A DNA stretch of 62,023 nt, the filler included, from Deltaproteobacteria bacterium (GTDB taxonomy: Bacteria > Myxococcota > JACRCW01): NCBI GenBank assembly GCA_016218805.1. It is 3 parts of 3 records of this genome, joined end to end, with 100 filler letters (N's around TTAATTAATTAA, not from the genome) between each part and the next. Parts side by side here need not be neighbours in the genome. Positions count along the whole stretch, not along the records: positions 34,183 to 62,023 come from JACRCW010000135.1; 2 more parts are not named here. One strand, 5' to 3'. The notes below the pieces were generated by a model, which was not told the DNA's origin, searched no databases, and saw only the letters and a list, made by a program, of their open reading frames with translations. Position numbers and translations under genes: made by a program. Positions 37,908 through 47,330 of the stretch are shown here, in pieces (the first letter of the stretch is position 1; each line of letters starts with the position of its first letter).

Positions 37908-40517
37908 TCAGCCAGCCAACACCTGCTGGATGACCCGCTTCAGCGCGGCCATGTCCACCGGCTTGTCCAACCGCGGGTTGTTCACGCTGTCCAGGAACGC
38001 GCGTCCGGTGGGGGTGAATGCGCCACCGCTGATGAAGACCACACGGTCAACCAACTCCGGATGGCGGCGCTTCAACTCAGCAAACAGGTCCATGCCGGTC
38101 ATGTCCGGCATCATCAGGTCACACAGGATCACGTCAAAGGGCTGCTCGGCCAGGATGGCCAGCGCCGCACGACCCCCGTCCGCCAACTGCACGTCGTGGT
38201 CGTTTTGGAGGATCCGGCGCAACCCCACGGCCACCAGCGGGTCGTCGTCCACCACGAGGATCCTGCCCCGCGCGGCTGCGTCGGGCGGCGCATCCTCCCC
38301 GGGCGTACCGCGGGAGGCCCCGGAGGACGGCGGGAGCGTCACGGTGAAGCAGCTGCCTACGCCAACCCGGCTCCTGACAGTCAGTGTGCCGCCGCAGGAC
38401 GCAATGATCGCCTTGCAGATGCTGAGGCCCAGACCCGTCCCCTGGCCCACGGGCTTGGTGGTGAAGAACGGGTCAAAGATGCGCTCCTGGAGTTCCTCCG
38501 GAATTCCGCACCCCGTGTCATGCACTTCCACCACCGCGTCACCGTCGTCGCCCGTCCGGATCCTGACGCGGATCTCGTTGGTCCCCGCCTGGCCCTCCGG
38601 GATGGCGTGGGCGGCGTTGATCAACAGGTTCAGGAACACCTGGCCAAGCTTGGACTCGTTGGCATCCACCAGCGGGGCCACTCCAATCTCGCGGGTGAAC
38701 TGAGCCCGGTGCCGCACGTGGTTCCACGCCAGGGACACCGCCGCTTCCAGGACGCGGACCAGGGATGCCGGCCGCACGGGTTCATCCTCGGCGGAACGGG
38801 AGAGCGTACCCAGGTCCCGCGCAATCCTCCGGACGCGCTCCGCCCCGTCCCGCGCGTCGTTCACCGCTGAAATCACATCGTCCAGATGTGCCTCCATCCC
38901 GCACTGCCGGGTCACATCCGCCTGTTTGAGTCCCTCCATTCTCGCCGCAACGTGCTGCAGGTTCGCCAGCACATAGCTGAGCGGGTTGTTGATCTCGTGG
39001 GCCACGCCGGCAGCCAGCGTGCCCGCAGCCAGCATCCGGTCCATCTCCAGCGCCTTGGCGGCCAGAACCTGCCCGGTGGACACATCCCTCAGAATACCAA
39101 TGAACGCGGCGTCACCCCCAATCCCGCACGCGCTGACGGTGCATTCTACCGGGAACACAGTGCCATCCCTTCGCCGCCCCTCCAGCAGACGGGCTCCAAC
39201 CGGGGGCACCGCCGCCACCAATGTCCGTTCATTCGGCGCCGCGCCCTCGGGGCATGCCAGCATGGCCAGACACCGCCCGATGAGTTGATCCCCGTCCCAG
39301 CCGAACATCTTCTCCGTCGCGGCGTTGTTGTACGTAATCCGCCCCTGCGCATCCAGAAGCACCACCGCGTCCGTGGCGGACTCCACCACCGCGTTGAAGC
39401 GCGTTTCGGAGGCGGCCGCGCGTGCTACCAGCGCCTCTTCCTGGGTCAGGTCCTCGGCCACCAGCAACAACCGCTGTGGCCCCGCACCGTCGTCCATGGC
39501 GGCCAACGTCGCCCGCATGTGGCGGCGCTCGCCCAGACTGCCACACCCGTCCAACAGCAGCGCGCGCCGCGTCTGGCGGGTGGCCAACACTTCGGCCACC
39601 GCATCCCGCAGCCGCTCGCCGCCCAGGAACGCGGTAACCGGACGCCCCAGCACGTCAGACTCGGACAGCCCCAACGTAGCCGCCAGCCCGCGGTTGGAGC
39701 GCAACACGGTGAGGTCCTCGCGCAGCACCAGCATGATGACGGGCACGCATTCAATGATCATCTCCGCCTGGCGCCGCTGTCCTTCTGACGTGGCCAACAT
39801 GTGCCCCGCCTGTTCTGCCATCTCATTGAAAGCACCCGATAGAACCGCGAGCTCGTCCTTGCTGTTCAAGCGCACCCGGATGGAATAGTCCCCGCCACGC
39901 ACCCGCCCGGCGGCGGCGGTCAGTTGCTGCAACGGCCTCACCAGGAACCGGCGGGTCAGCACCAGCCCGGCGAGCAGCACCAGCAGAACCACTCCCAGAA
40001 GAGTCCCCAGCCCGAGCATGAGGTTCGCGCGCAGCCGGTGCATGCGCGCTTCGTAGGCGTTGACCAACGCCTCTGAACGCACCCGCAGCTGCTCCATGCT
40101 AGCGTCCGTCCGCGACGACACGGCAGCCCCAGGCCCCAATCCCCCGGCAGCAACCCGCCGCAGGTCCACAACCACCACCTGCCATTGCGCCTCCACCGCA
40201 TCCAGCGCCGGGAGAAGCTCCGCGGGCGCGGGACCAAGCCGGGGGTCCGCGGAGTCTCCGTGGCGGAGACGGTGCAACGCGGACGAGAAGGCCTCCGTCC
40301 GCTCCTGCAGCCCGGCGCGATCCTCCAACTGCCCGGCGGACACCATGTTCAACCAGGACCGCAGCTCCACGGACAGCATCCGCTGCCGCCCGGCAAGGTT
40401 CAGAAACCGCGCGTCTGACCGGGTTTCCCGCAGGTGGTCCGCCACGACGACCACCCCCACCAGCGCGGCGAGCAGAGGGAACACAAGCACCAAGCCCACC
40501 TTGGTGGTCAGTCTCAT
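37908..40517 (-). CDS. hybrid histidine kinase: NarX/PilJ-type sensor, HAMP, 2xPAS, HisKA, HATPase, REC
   Basis: P-box-like LNLAGRQRMLS; GVAHEINNPL; FFTTKPVGQGTGLGL; LVVDDD..LCDLMMP. Confidence 0.92.
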   Translation of the reverse strand: MRLTTKVGLVLVFPLLAALVGVVVVADHLRETRSDARFLNLAGRQRMLSVELRSWLNMVSAGQLEDRAGLQERTEAFSSALHRLRHGDSADPRLGPAPAELLPALDAVEAQWQVVVVDLRRVAAGGLGPGAAVSSRTDASMEQLRVRSEALVNAYEARMHRLRANLMLGLGTLLGVVLLVLLAGLVLTRRFLVRPLQQLTAAAGRVRGGDYSIRVRLNSKDELAVLSGAFNEMAEQAGHMLATSEGQRRQAEMIIECVPVIMLVLREDLTVLRSNRGLAATLGLSESDVLGRPVTAFLGGERLRDAVAEVLATRQTRRALLLDGCGSLGERRHMRATLAAMDDGAGPQRLLLVAEDLTQEEALVARAAASETRFNAVVESATDAVVLLDAQGRITYNNAATEKMFGWDGDQLIGRCLAMLACPEGAAPNERTLVAAVPPVGARLLEGRRRDGTVFPVECTVSACGIGGDAAFIGILRDVSTGQVLAAKALEMDRMLAAGTLAAGVAHEINNPLSYVLANLQHVAARMEGLKQADVTRQCGMEAHLDDVISAVNDARDGAERVRRIARDLGTLSRSAEDEPVRPASLVRVLEAAVSLAWNHVRHRAQFTREIGVAPLVDANESKLGQVFLNLLINAAHAIPEGQAGTNEIRVRIRTGDDGDAVVEVHDTGCGIPEELQERIFDPFFTTKPVGQGTGLGLSICKAIIASCGGTLTVRSRVGVGSCFTVTLPPSSGASRGTPGEDAPPDAAARGRILVVDDDPLVAVGLRRILQNDHDVQLADGGRAALAILAEQPFDVILCDLMMPDMTGMDLFAELKRRHPELVDRVVFISGGAFTPTGRAFLDSVNNPRLDKPVDMAALKRVIQQVLAG

Positions 40518-40578
40518 CCCGTACCCCAACGACGTTGACGGCTCACTCAGAGAAGGGCTGCGCACTCGCGGCACCTTT

Positions 40579-40592
40579 CATGGGTACCCATG
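40579..40592. promoter_or_regulatory. perfect 14-bp palindrome in a divergent promoter region
   Basis: CATGGGTACCCATG; contains TACCCAT on both strands. Confidence 0.4.
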
Positions 40593-40804
40593 GAACGGGC
40601 GCCACGGTGTCCCCATGCAAAGCCGCCGCCAACTGTCCGAAGGATCAGGAGACGCACCGAGGCGGGGGCCTGCTGCTGCTGCCTTCACACTCCACCCTTC
40701 CGCGCCGATGCCGTTACGACGCAACAACTTGGCGGCCGTGTTGAAGCGTGGGTGGTCACCGAGTATGGACTACAAACAATGGGGGGGGTGCTGAGGCTGG
40801 GGCA

Positions 40805-41746
40805 ATGACAACCGGGAGTCCGAAGGGGAGCGTGACGACGGGGGGAACCGTTCACTGCACGCCGGCGGCAAAGTCCGCGGACGCGTGTCCGTTGGCGGCC
40901 ACGGCGGCGGCGTTGGTGGAGGTGGCGCGGGAACCCATGGTGGTCCTGGATTCGGGGCTGCGCGTGGTGGCCATGAACGCCGGAATGCGGAGGCAACTCG
41001 GAGTGGAGCTGGAGGACGTGCGCGGCCGGGATTTCTGCGCAACGTGCATTGCGGCGGGTAGTCAGGCGGAGGTGTGTGCGGTGTTGCGCGCGGCCCTGCG
41101 CCGACGGACCCAGGACAGCGGGCGCGTCATCCTGTCCGGCGAACGCGAGCTGCCGGTCTGCGTGGTGCCGGTAGGGGTTCCTCCCCTGGTCCTGCTGGTG
41201 CTGCGCGGGGCGACGCCGGTCGCGCACCTGGGGAAGTCCCGCACCATGGGCACCGCCGCACTGACCATCTCCACGGCGCCAGATTCGTTCGGCCGCATCA
41301 TGGCGGGCGCGTCCAACGGGTCGTCCGGGGAGCTTTGCTTCCGCCACCTGCGGCACGCGGAGCAGCAATGCCCGGACTGCCCCGTGCGCGAGTTGGACCA
41401 CGCGCCAGCCGCCTTCCGGACCGTCCTGGGCCCGCGTGCCGGCGAGGTGACGCTCGTCCAGGCGACCCGTTCCGGGGAGACGGTGGCGGACGTGGTGGTG
41501 TGCACGGTGCGGCAATCCGTTGTGGGTGACCTGGTGCGCACGCGCGTGCACGCGCTGGCCAGCGGCGCACGGCTCACTCCGCAGGAGGAACGGGTGCTCC
41601 ACCAGTTGATGACCGGCGCGCAACAGAATCACATCGCACAGGAACTTGGGATCACGGTGCGCACGGTCAAGTTCCACCAGGCCAACCTGCTGCAGAAGCT
41701 CGGGGCGGACTCCCGGGCGGACCTGACGCGGCTGCTCACTTCGTGA
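40805..41746 (+). CDS. PAS + LuxR-HTH transcriptional regulator
   Basis: PMVVLDSGLRVVAMN; LCFRHL..CPDCPV; LTPQEERVL..IAQELGITVRTVKFHQANLLQKLG. Confidence 0.9.
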   Translation: MTTGSPKGSVTTGGTVHCTPAAKSADACPLAATAAALVEVAREPMVVLDSGLRVVAMNAGMRRQLGVELEDVRGRDFCATCIAAGSQAEVCAVLRAALRRRTQDSGRVILSGERELPVCVVPVGVPPLVLLVLRGATPVAHLGKSRTMGTAALTISTAPDSFGRIMAGASNGSSGELCFRHLRHAEQQCPDCPVRELDHAPAAFRTVLGPRAGEVTLVQATRSGETVADVVVCTVRQSVVGDLVRTRVHALASGARLTPQEERVLHQLMTGAQQNHIAQELGITVRTVKFHQANLLQKLGADSRADLTRLLTS

Positions 41747-41773
41747 GGCCGCGCGGAAAGGCGTTGTTGCCCA

Positions 41774-44041
41774 TCACGTGAACGAGGCCACCACCGCCCG
41801 CAGCGCCCCGACGTCAAACGGCTTGGCCACCCGCGCATTGGTCACGCTTTCCAGGAAGTCGCGCGCCTCCGCGCCCAGGACGCCACCGCTCACAAACACA
41901 ATCCGCTGGGCCATTGCAGGCGCCCGTTCGGACACCGCCCGGTAGACGGCCAAGCCGTTGCACCCCGGCATCGCCAGGTCACACAGCACCACGTCAAACT
42001 GTGCGCCACCCGTGAGCAGCTCCACCGCGCTCCGTCCGGAGTGGACTGCTACCACCTCATGCGTCGGCTCCAGGATCCGCGCCACGGCCCGGGTGAACAG
42101 CGGGTCGTCATCCACCACCAGCACGCGCGCGCGCCGCGGCATCCCGGCCGTGGCCACCTCTGCCTCCACCGTGCCCGCGTCCGCGCTGGCGCGCCGCGGC
42201 GCGGCCGGCAGCGTCAGGCGGAACGTGGAACCCTTGCCCACCACAGACTCCACCGTCAGGCGGCCACCCAGCTCGTTGACGATGCGCTGGCTGATGACCA
42301 AGCCCAACCCGGTCCCCTCTCCCTCGGGCTTGGTGGTGAAGAAGGGCGTGAACAAGCGCTTGAGCGTCTCCGGCGTCATCCCGGCACCGGTGTCGGTGAC
42401 CTCCACCACCACGTCGTCCGCCTGGGCACGGGTGGTGACCCGCACCTCATGCGCATCCGCACAGCCCGCGGGTATGGCCTGGGACGCATTGAGCAACAGG
42501 TTCAGGACCACTTGACCCAACTTGGAGGGATTGGCCTTCACCGGCGGGGTTGGGCCCAGCGTGGCTACCAGCCTTGCGCGCTGGCGTACCTGGTGCGCGG
42601 CCATCCGCAGCGCAGGCTCCAGGGCCTGCGCCAACTCCACCGCCTCATGCGGCTGCGTCCCGGCGCGGCTGAAGGTCCGTAGGTCTGAGACCACCGTCCG
42701 GATGGTCCGCGCGGCCTCGCGTGCGTCCACCAACTTCTCGCGGTGTTCCGCCAGCGCGGCCGGGTTGCCACCAAGCGAACCAACCTCCGCCGCGGCCAGG
42801 TCCAAGTTGCACAGCAACGCTGCGAGCGGGCTGTTCACTTCGTGCGCCACGCCCGCGGCAAGCATGCCCACCGAGGCCAGGCGGTCCGTCATGGCAATTT
42901 GCGCCTCCAGATTGCGGCGCTCCGTCACCTCCCGGGACGACGCCACTGCGGCGACAACCTGGCCGCCCTCCACCACGGGGCCAAGCTGCGTCTGGAAGTA
43001 CGCCTTGGTGCCATCCGGATACTCGCGGACCGGGTCCACCGACGTGATCTCGCGCCGATCAAACACGGCGGTGAGCGCTGCCATCACCTGTTCACGGCAC
43101 TCCTCGCCCAGGAATTCCGTCACAGAGTGCCCCTCCAGGTCAGCGGGCTGTAGACCGGGGCGCGACGCGCGGTTGACGGACAGGATCATCCCTTGGCGAT
43201 CCAGCGTGGCGATGAAGTCGGGCGATTGGCGCACGATGGCTTCCCAGTGGGCGCGCGCCCGCTCCGCGGCCAGTTCCGCCGTCACCCGGTCCGTGACGTC
43301 CTGCACAATGCCCCGCAACATGGCGCGTCCGTCCGCTCCCGTTGAGGGCGCGGCGCTGGTTTCAAGCCACCGCCAGGACCCGTCCGCGTGACGCAACCGC
43401 AGGCGCGTCCGGTACGGCTCCCCCTTGGCCATGGCTGCGGACGTTGCGGACTGGAGCGCCGCACGGTCCTCCGGGTGCACGTCCTGCATGAACGCGTCTG
43501 ACGTGGCGTGGGGCGCCGTCAGGCCCAGCAGGTCCAACAACTCCGGCGAGTAGGTCCGCGCGTCCGTCGCCAGGTCCAACTCCCAGCTCCCCAGTTTTGC
43601 CAGCACCGCGGACTGCCGGAGGCGCTCCTCGCTGGTGCGCAGGGCCTCCTCCATGCGGTGGCGGTCGGTCAGGTCGCGCACGGCGGCCAGCGTGGCCGGA
43701 CCGCCCGCCGTCACGCATGGCCGCAGGTAGATGTCCAAGGGGATGACCGAACCATCCGCCCGCACGCCCATACAGTTGAGGCACTGGCCCATCCGCCGGA
43801 GATGTGGGTTGTCGGCATAGGCACGCATCTGCTCCTGGTGCTGCGCGCGCCGGGTAGGAGGAACAAGATCGTGAATGGGCCGGCCCACCAGTGCCCCGGG
43901 CGGAACACCGAATATCTCATCCGCCTGCGCGTTGGCGGCCTGGATCACGGCGCCGGCATCTACCAGCAGCAGCGCATCAGGCGACGCGTCCAGCAGCAGA
44001 TCCACGTCATCCGACGCAAGCGCCACCGGTTTCTTGTTCAT
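41774..44041 (-). CDS. cytoplasmic hybrid histidine kinase (3xPAS, HisKA, HATPase, REC)
   Basis: First PAS is FixL-like (LVPPTRRAQHQEQMRAY..RRMG); GVAHEVNSPL; FFTTKPEGEGTGLGL; LCDLAMP. Confidence 0.92.
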   Translation of the reverse strand: MNKKPVALASDDVDLLLDASPDALLLVDAGAVIQAANAQADEIFGVPPGALVGRPIHDLVPPTRRAQHQEQMRAYADNPHLRRMGQCLNCMGVRADGSVIPLDIYLRPCVTAGGPATLAAVRDLTDRHRMEEALRTSEERLRQSAVLAKLGSWELDLATDARTYSPELLDLLGLTAPHATSDAFMQDVHPEDRAALQSATSAAMAKGEPYRTRLRLRHADGSWRWLETSAAPSTGADGRAMLRGIVQDVTDRVTAELAAERARAHWEAIVRQSPDFIATLDRQGMILSVNRASRPGLQPADLEGHSVTEFLGEECREQVMAALTAVFDRREITSVDPVREYPDGTKAYFQTQLGPVVEGGQVVAAVASSREVTERRNLEAQIAMTDRLASVGMLAAGVAHEVNSPLAALLCNLDLAAAEVGSLGGNPAALAEHREKLVDAREAARTIRTVVSDLRTFSRAGTQPHEAVELAQALEPALRMAAHQVRQRARLVATLGPTPPVKANPSKLGQVVLNLLLNASQAIPAGCADAHEVRVTTRAQADDVVVEVTDTGAGMTPETLKRLFTPFFTTKPEGEGTGLGLVISQRIVNELGGRLTVESVVGKGSTFRLTLPAAPRRASADAGTVEAEVATAGMPRRARVLVVDDDPLFTRAVARILEPTHEVVAVHSGRSAVELLTGGAQFDVVLCDLAMPGCNGLAVYRAVSERAPAMAQRIVFVSGGVLGAEARDFLESVTNARVAKPFDVGALRAVVASFT

Positions 44042-44261
44042 CTGGAATCTCCTGAGCTGCCTCAGAGTTCGGCGGTGGAACCTATCAAGGCCTGGAACCG
44101 GCGGCAGGATCCACGTGTCGGAGGACCACTCCCGAAAAAAGTTCCGGTCACGGGTGTCTCAATGTGTCACCAACGAGACTGCTTCCCGGCGACTGTAGCG
44201 TCGCATTTGGGACTGGCGGTGAATGGGCACGCGAGAAGGACCCGCTGGCGCGGCGCTGTCC

Positions 44262-44367
44262 TGGTCACCTACATCCGGGAGGTCTCCCGCACCGGGAACC
44301 GCGCCGGACGTGAAGCGCGGTGACCGGGTCGGCCAGGCCCCCGCGGGCTTGCTCCTGCCAGTCTGAA
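44262..44367. repeat. fused remnants of both flanks of the 54085-55911 gene
   Basis: TGGTC..ACATCCGGG..GGAGGTC..CCGCACCGGG (vs 53952-54014), then TGACCGGGTCGGCCAGG (vs TGAGCCGGTTGGCCAGG at 55909-55925). Confidence 0.7.
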
Positions 44368-44458
44368 GGCCCTGAGCATCTTGGTCAGGTCAGGCCAAGT
44401 AGCGTGACGCTGCTTGCGACGCCGCGGGCTAGGCGTGCCGCAATCCGGGAAACACGCG

Positions 44459-45607
44459 TCAAGGGGAGCACTGGAACAACTCTGGCCCCGAGGCGACCGG
44501 CACCAGGCAGGCGAATCCTTGCGAGCACCCGTTGTAGCGACTCACGGTGAACGCTTCCGGGGTCACGGTGATCGCAAAGGGCGCCCATAGCTCGCCTTCA
44601 AAGAGCAGGCGGGTGTCGCTCGTCCGCAGGGCGTCACCGTCAATGGACACTGTCACCGTGACCGCGGTGGGGTTGAGCAGGGTCCCGCCGGCGGCCACAT
44701 ACGCACCGGCCAGATAGACCCCATCCGGCGGATCCACCACGGTCACGGTTTCCGGCCCGGGACCGTTGACTGCGTCCACGTCAAGCATTGGGTCGCCCAC
44801 GGCGCGCGTCGCTCCGTTCGCAGCCCAGTCCGGGGCGGCGGTGGCGGTGGTGGTGCACGTCATGGAGTAGCAGTCCGTGGCGGTGCACATGCCAAGCGTG
44901 CCCCGCGCCAGGTGCGCATCAATGTCGTCAGGCGAGCCCGATGGCCAGCTCACCTGCACCCGCACGGTGTGGCTGATGGCGCCGGATGATGCTGGCGCGG
45001 CGGAGGAAGAGGGCACCCCCGGCCCTGACGAAGCGAACGACGCAGGGGTCGAAAACGCGGATGAGGTGGCGCCGAAAGACGAGGACGGAGCCAAAGCGGA
45101 AGTCGGGGCCGTGGAGGACGTGGAGGAGACAACGCCGGACGTGGATGCGGATGAGCTGACGACAGAAGTGGGTGGCGCCGCGCTGGAGGAGGACGCAGAC
45201 GCGCTGGAGTTGGAACCACCGGAACTTGACGACCCGCTGCTGCTTGAGTCACCGACCACGCACGCCAGCCGGCCCTCCGCCACATTGCAGCGGTAGCCCT
45301 CCGCCTCCCGGCACTGGCCCACGCCGTCACAGCGCCGGAAGCAGGCACGGCTCACTTCGGTCAGGGGGAGACACACGTCGCCAGCGCAATCCGCGTCAGA
45401 CACGCAGGCTTGGCTGCAGTAACCGCCAGGGAGCGACGTGAGGCACACCATGCCCTCCGCGCAATCCGCTCTGCCGGCACATGCCGCACCGGGCGCCTCG
45501 GGCTGTTGGGACGTGCTGCCACCGCCGCCGCCGCCGTTGCACGCCGTCAGAATCACGCCCCACCACGCGACCACCACCCGCCATCTCAGGCTTTGCATGC
45601 ATTCCAT
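44459..45607 (-). CDS. Cys-rich lipoprotein with Ser linker and YfaP/DUF2135-like C-terminal domain
   Basis: ILTAC lipobox; VQVSW..DIDAHL..LDVDAVNGPGPETV. Confidence 0.78.
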   Translation of the reverse strand: MECMQSLRWRVVVAWWGVILTACNGGGGGGSTSQQPEAPGAACAGRADCAEGMVCLTSLPGGYCSQACVSDADCAGDVCLPLTEVSRACFRRCDGVGQCREAEGYRCNVAEGRLACVVGDSSSSGSSSSGGSNSSASASSSSAAPPTSVVSSSASTSGVVSSTSSTAPTSALAPSSSFGATSSAFSTPASFASSGPGVPSSSAAPASSGAISHTVRVQVSWPSGSPDDIDAHLARGTLGMCTATDCYSMTCTTTATAAPDWAANGATRAVGDPMLDVDAVNGPGPETVTVVDPPDGVYLAGAYVAAGGTLLNPTAVTVTVSIDGDALRTSDTRLLFEGELWAPFAITVTPEAFTVSRYNGCSQGFACLVPVASGPELFQCSP

Positions 45608-45611
45608 TCCA

Positions 45612-47033
45612 TCAGGGGTTGCGGCATTGCCTGCCGACGTTCGGGACGTTGGTGCACACCAGCGGAGAACAGCAATCCGCAGTGGAAGCGCAGGGATCCA
45701 TCATGAAACCGTGCGCGCAGCATTTCCCGCCAATGACCGGGGCCTGGTCGCAGCACTCTTCGCGGGCAGTGGCCGCCTCACCGTGCCCAAGACAGCAGGT
45801 GCCGCTGACAAAGTCGCACCTGCCCGCGCAGCAATCGTTGCTGTCGCGGCACGCGGTTCCCGGGTTCGTGCAACAACGTTCGAATCCGACCTCGCCACCG
45901 CACGCCATTGCGGTAGTCGTTTCCCCGGTGCAGCACTCGCCGGTGGATGAACAAGACTGTCCCCTGTGCGTGCAGCACCGCCCGCCGGTGCACGCGCCTG
46001 AGCAGCAGTCCTCGTCCCGCGTGCAGACCTGGCCGCCTGGAGTGCAGCAGTTCTGGTAGTCCGCCAACGCAGGGTCTGACCAGTAGGGTTGGCACCCCGT
46101 TCCCGCACAGCACAGGGCGCAACTGAGGACGGATTCGCCCTGGTAGTAGCCGTATTCTCTGCCCGGCAGGTCGCAGCAGGTGCCGCCCTGGCAACTCAGC
46201 CCGACCAGGCAGTCGTTGTCGGAGCCGCACGGCCCCCCGGGGTCCTGACCGCAATCCCGGGTGCCGGCGTGGCAGCATCTGCCTCGGCGGCACGCCAAGT
46301 TCTCACAGCATTCTCCGTCCACCGAACACGGTTCGTCATAGTCGGAACACCAAGCGCACAAGCCCTGCCGGCAGATGCCGGAACAACAGTCACCGGAGAC
46401 GTCACAGGACGCCAACACCGCGCGGCAGCTCTGGCACCCATTCCCGGAGCACGTGCCGCACATCCCATTGGCGCATGCGCCACTGCAGCACTCCGAGTAG
46501 GAACTGCAAACGGCACCCAAGTCCTTGCACATCCCACCGACGCTGGAACTGCTCCGGCCGGTGGTGGTCCCGCTGCTGGCGGCGGGGGGAGAAGATGATG
46601 ACCTCACGGTGGTCAATGAAGATGGAGAGACCGTGCCTCCACTGGAACCGGTGCCGGACGATCCTGCGCCGCACCCGCCCGACGAGCAGGATGCCTGGCA
46701 TGTCCACTGGTCGCCCTGCGGCGTGCAGCGGTAGCCCTCGGTCACGCGGCATTCCACGTCCTGCATGCAGGCGGGTTGGCACTGAAGAGACCCGGCCGCG
46801 GCGAGGATGCACGTGCTCCCACTCGGGCAGTCATCCATGCCAAGGCAGGCCTTGACGCAGGTTCCCCCCGGTTGGCTCAAGTCACACCAGTACCCGAGGC
46901 CGCAACTGCCTCTTGTGCACGCCCGGCCAATGGGGCCCCCGCCGTCCGTGCCGCCCGCCGGTTCGTCCTTGGCGGTGCAGTGGACAAGGGCCACCAGCAG
47001 GGCTGGAATCGTGAGTCGTCGGGCTCGGTCCAT
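45612..47033 (-). CDS. very Cys-rich lipoprotein with tandem C-x5-CC-x3-C modules
   Basis: LVALVHC; repeated CSSYSECCSGAC, CDVSGDCCSGIC, CTRDEDCCSGAC, CRDSNDCCAGRC. Confidence 0.78.
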   Translation of the reverse strand: MDRARRLTIPALLVALVHCTAKDEPAGGTDGGGPIGRACTRGSCGLGYWCDLSQPGGTCVKACLGMDDCPSGSTCILAAAGSLQCQPACMQDVECRVTEGYRCTPQGDQWTCQASCSSGGCGAGSSGTGSSGGTVSPSSLTTVRSSSSPPAASSGTTTGRSSSSVGGMCKDLGAVCSSYSECCSGACANGMCGTCSGNGCQSCRAVLASCDVSGDCCSGICRQGLCAWCSDYDEPCSVDGECCENLACRRGRCCHAGTRDCGQDPGGPCGSDNDCLVGLSCQGGTCCDLPGREYGYYQGESVLSCALCCAGTGCQPYWSDPALADYQNCCTPGGQVCTRDEDCCSGACTGGRCCTHRGQSCSSTGECCTGETTTAMACGGEVGFERCCTNPGTACRDSNDCCAGRCDFVSGTCCLGHGEAATAREECCDQAPVIGGKCCAHGFMMDPCASTADCCSPLVCTNVPNVGRQCRNP

Positions 47034-47330
47034 GGCCCCTGTTTGTCGTCGTGTCCGGTCCATTGCGCGGCCCATACACGTAGCCCCGTCCGTGGACAAG
47101 GTCCGCGGCGCGCTTGAACACCAGAACCCGGCCCCCACCGCTCCTTCCCCAGCAGGCGCGCGACGACGAGGAAGACGCCCTCCGCTGCTGGCGTCATTGG
47201 TGCAGGGTGGCGGCTTGGGGTGCTGCGCACCGCGCGGGTTCCAACGGTTCAAGAACGCCTCGGAGGACGTCGAGGAGACACTGCGCCGTTGCCTTGCCCG
47301 GCAGGAAGCTGCCCGCTAGAAGTGCCATCC

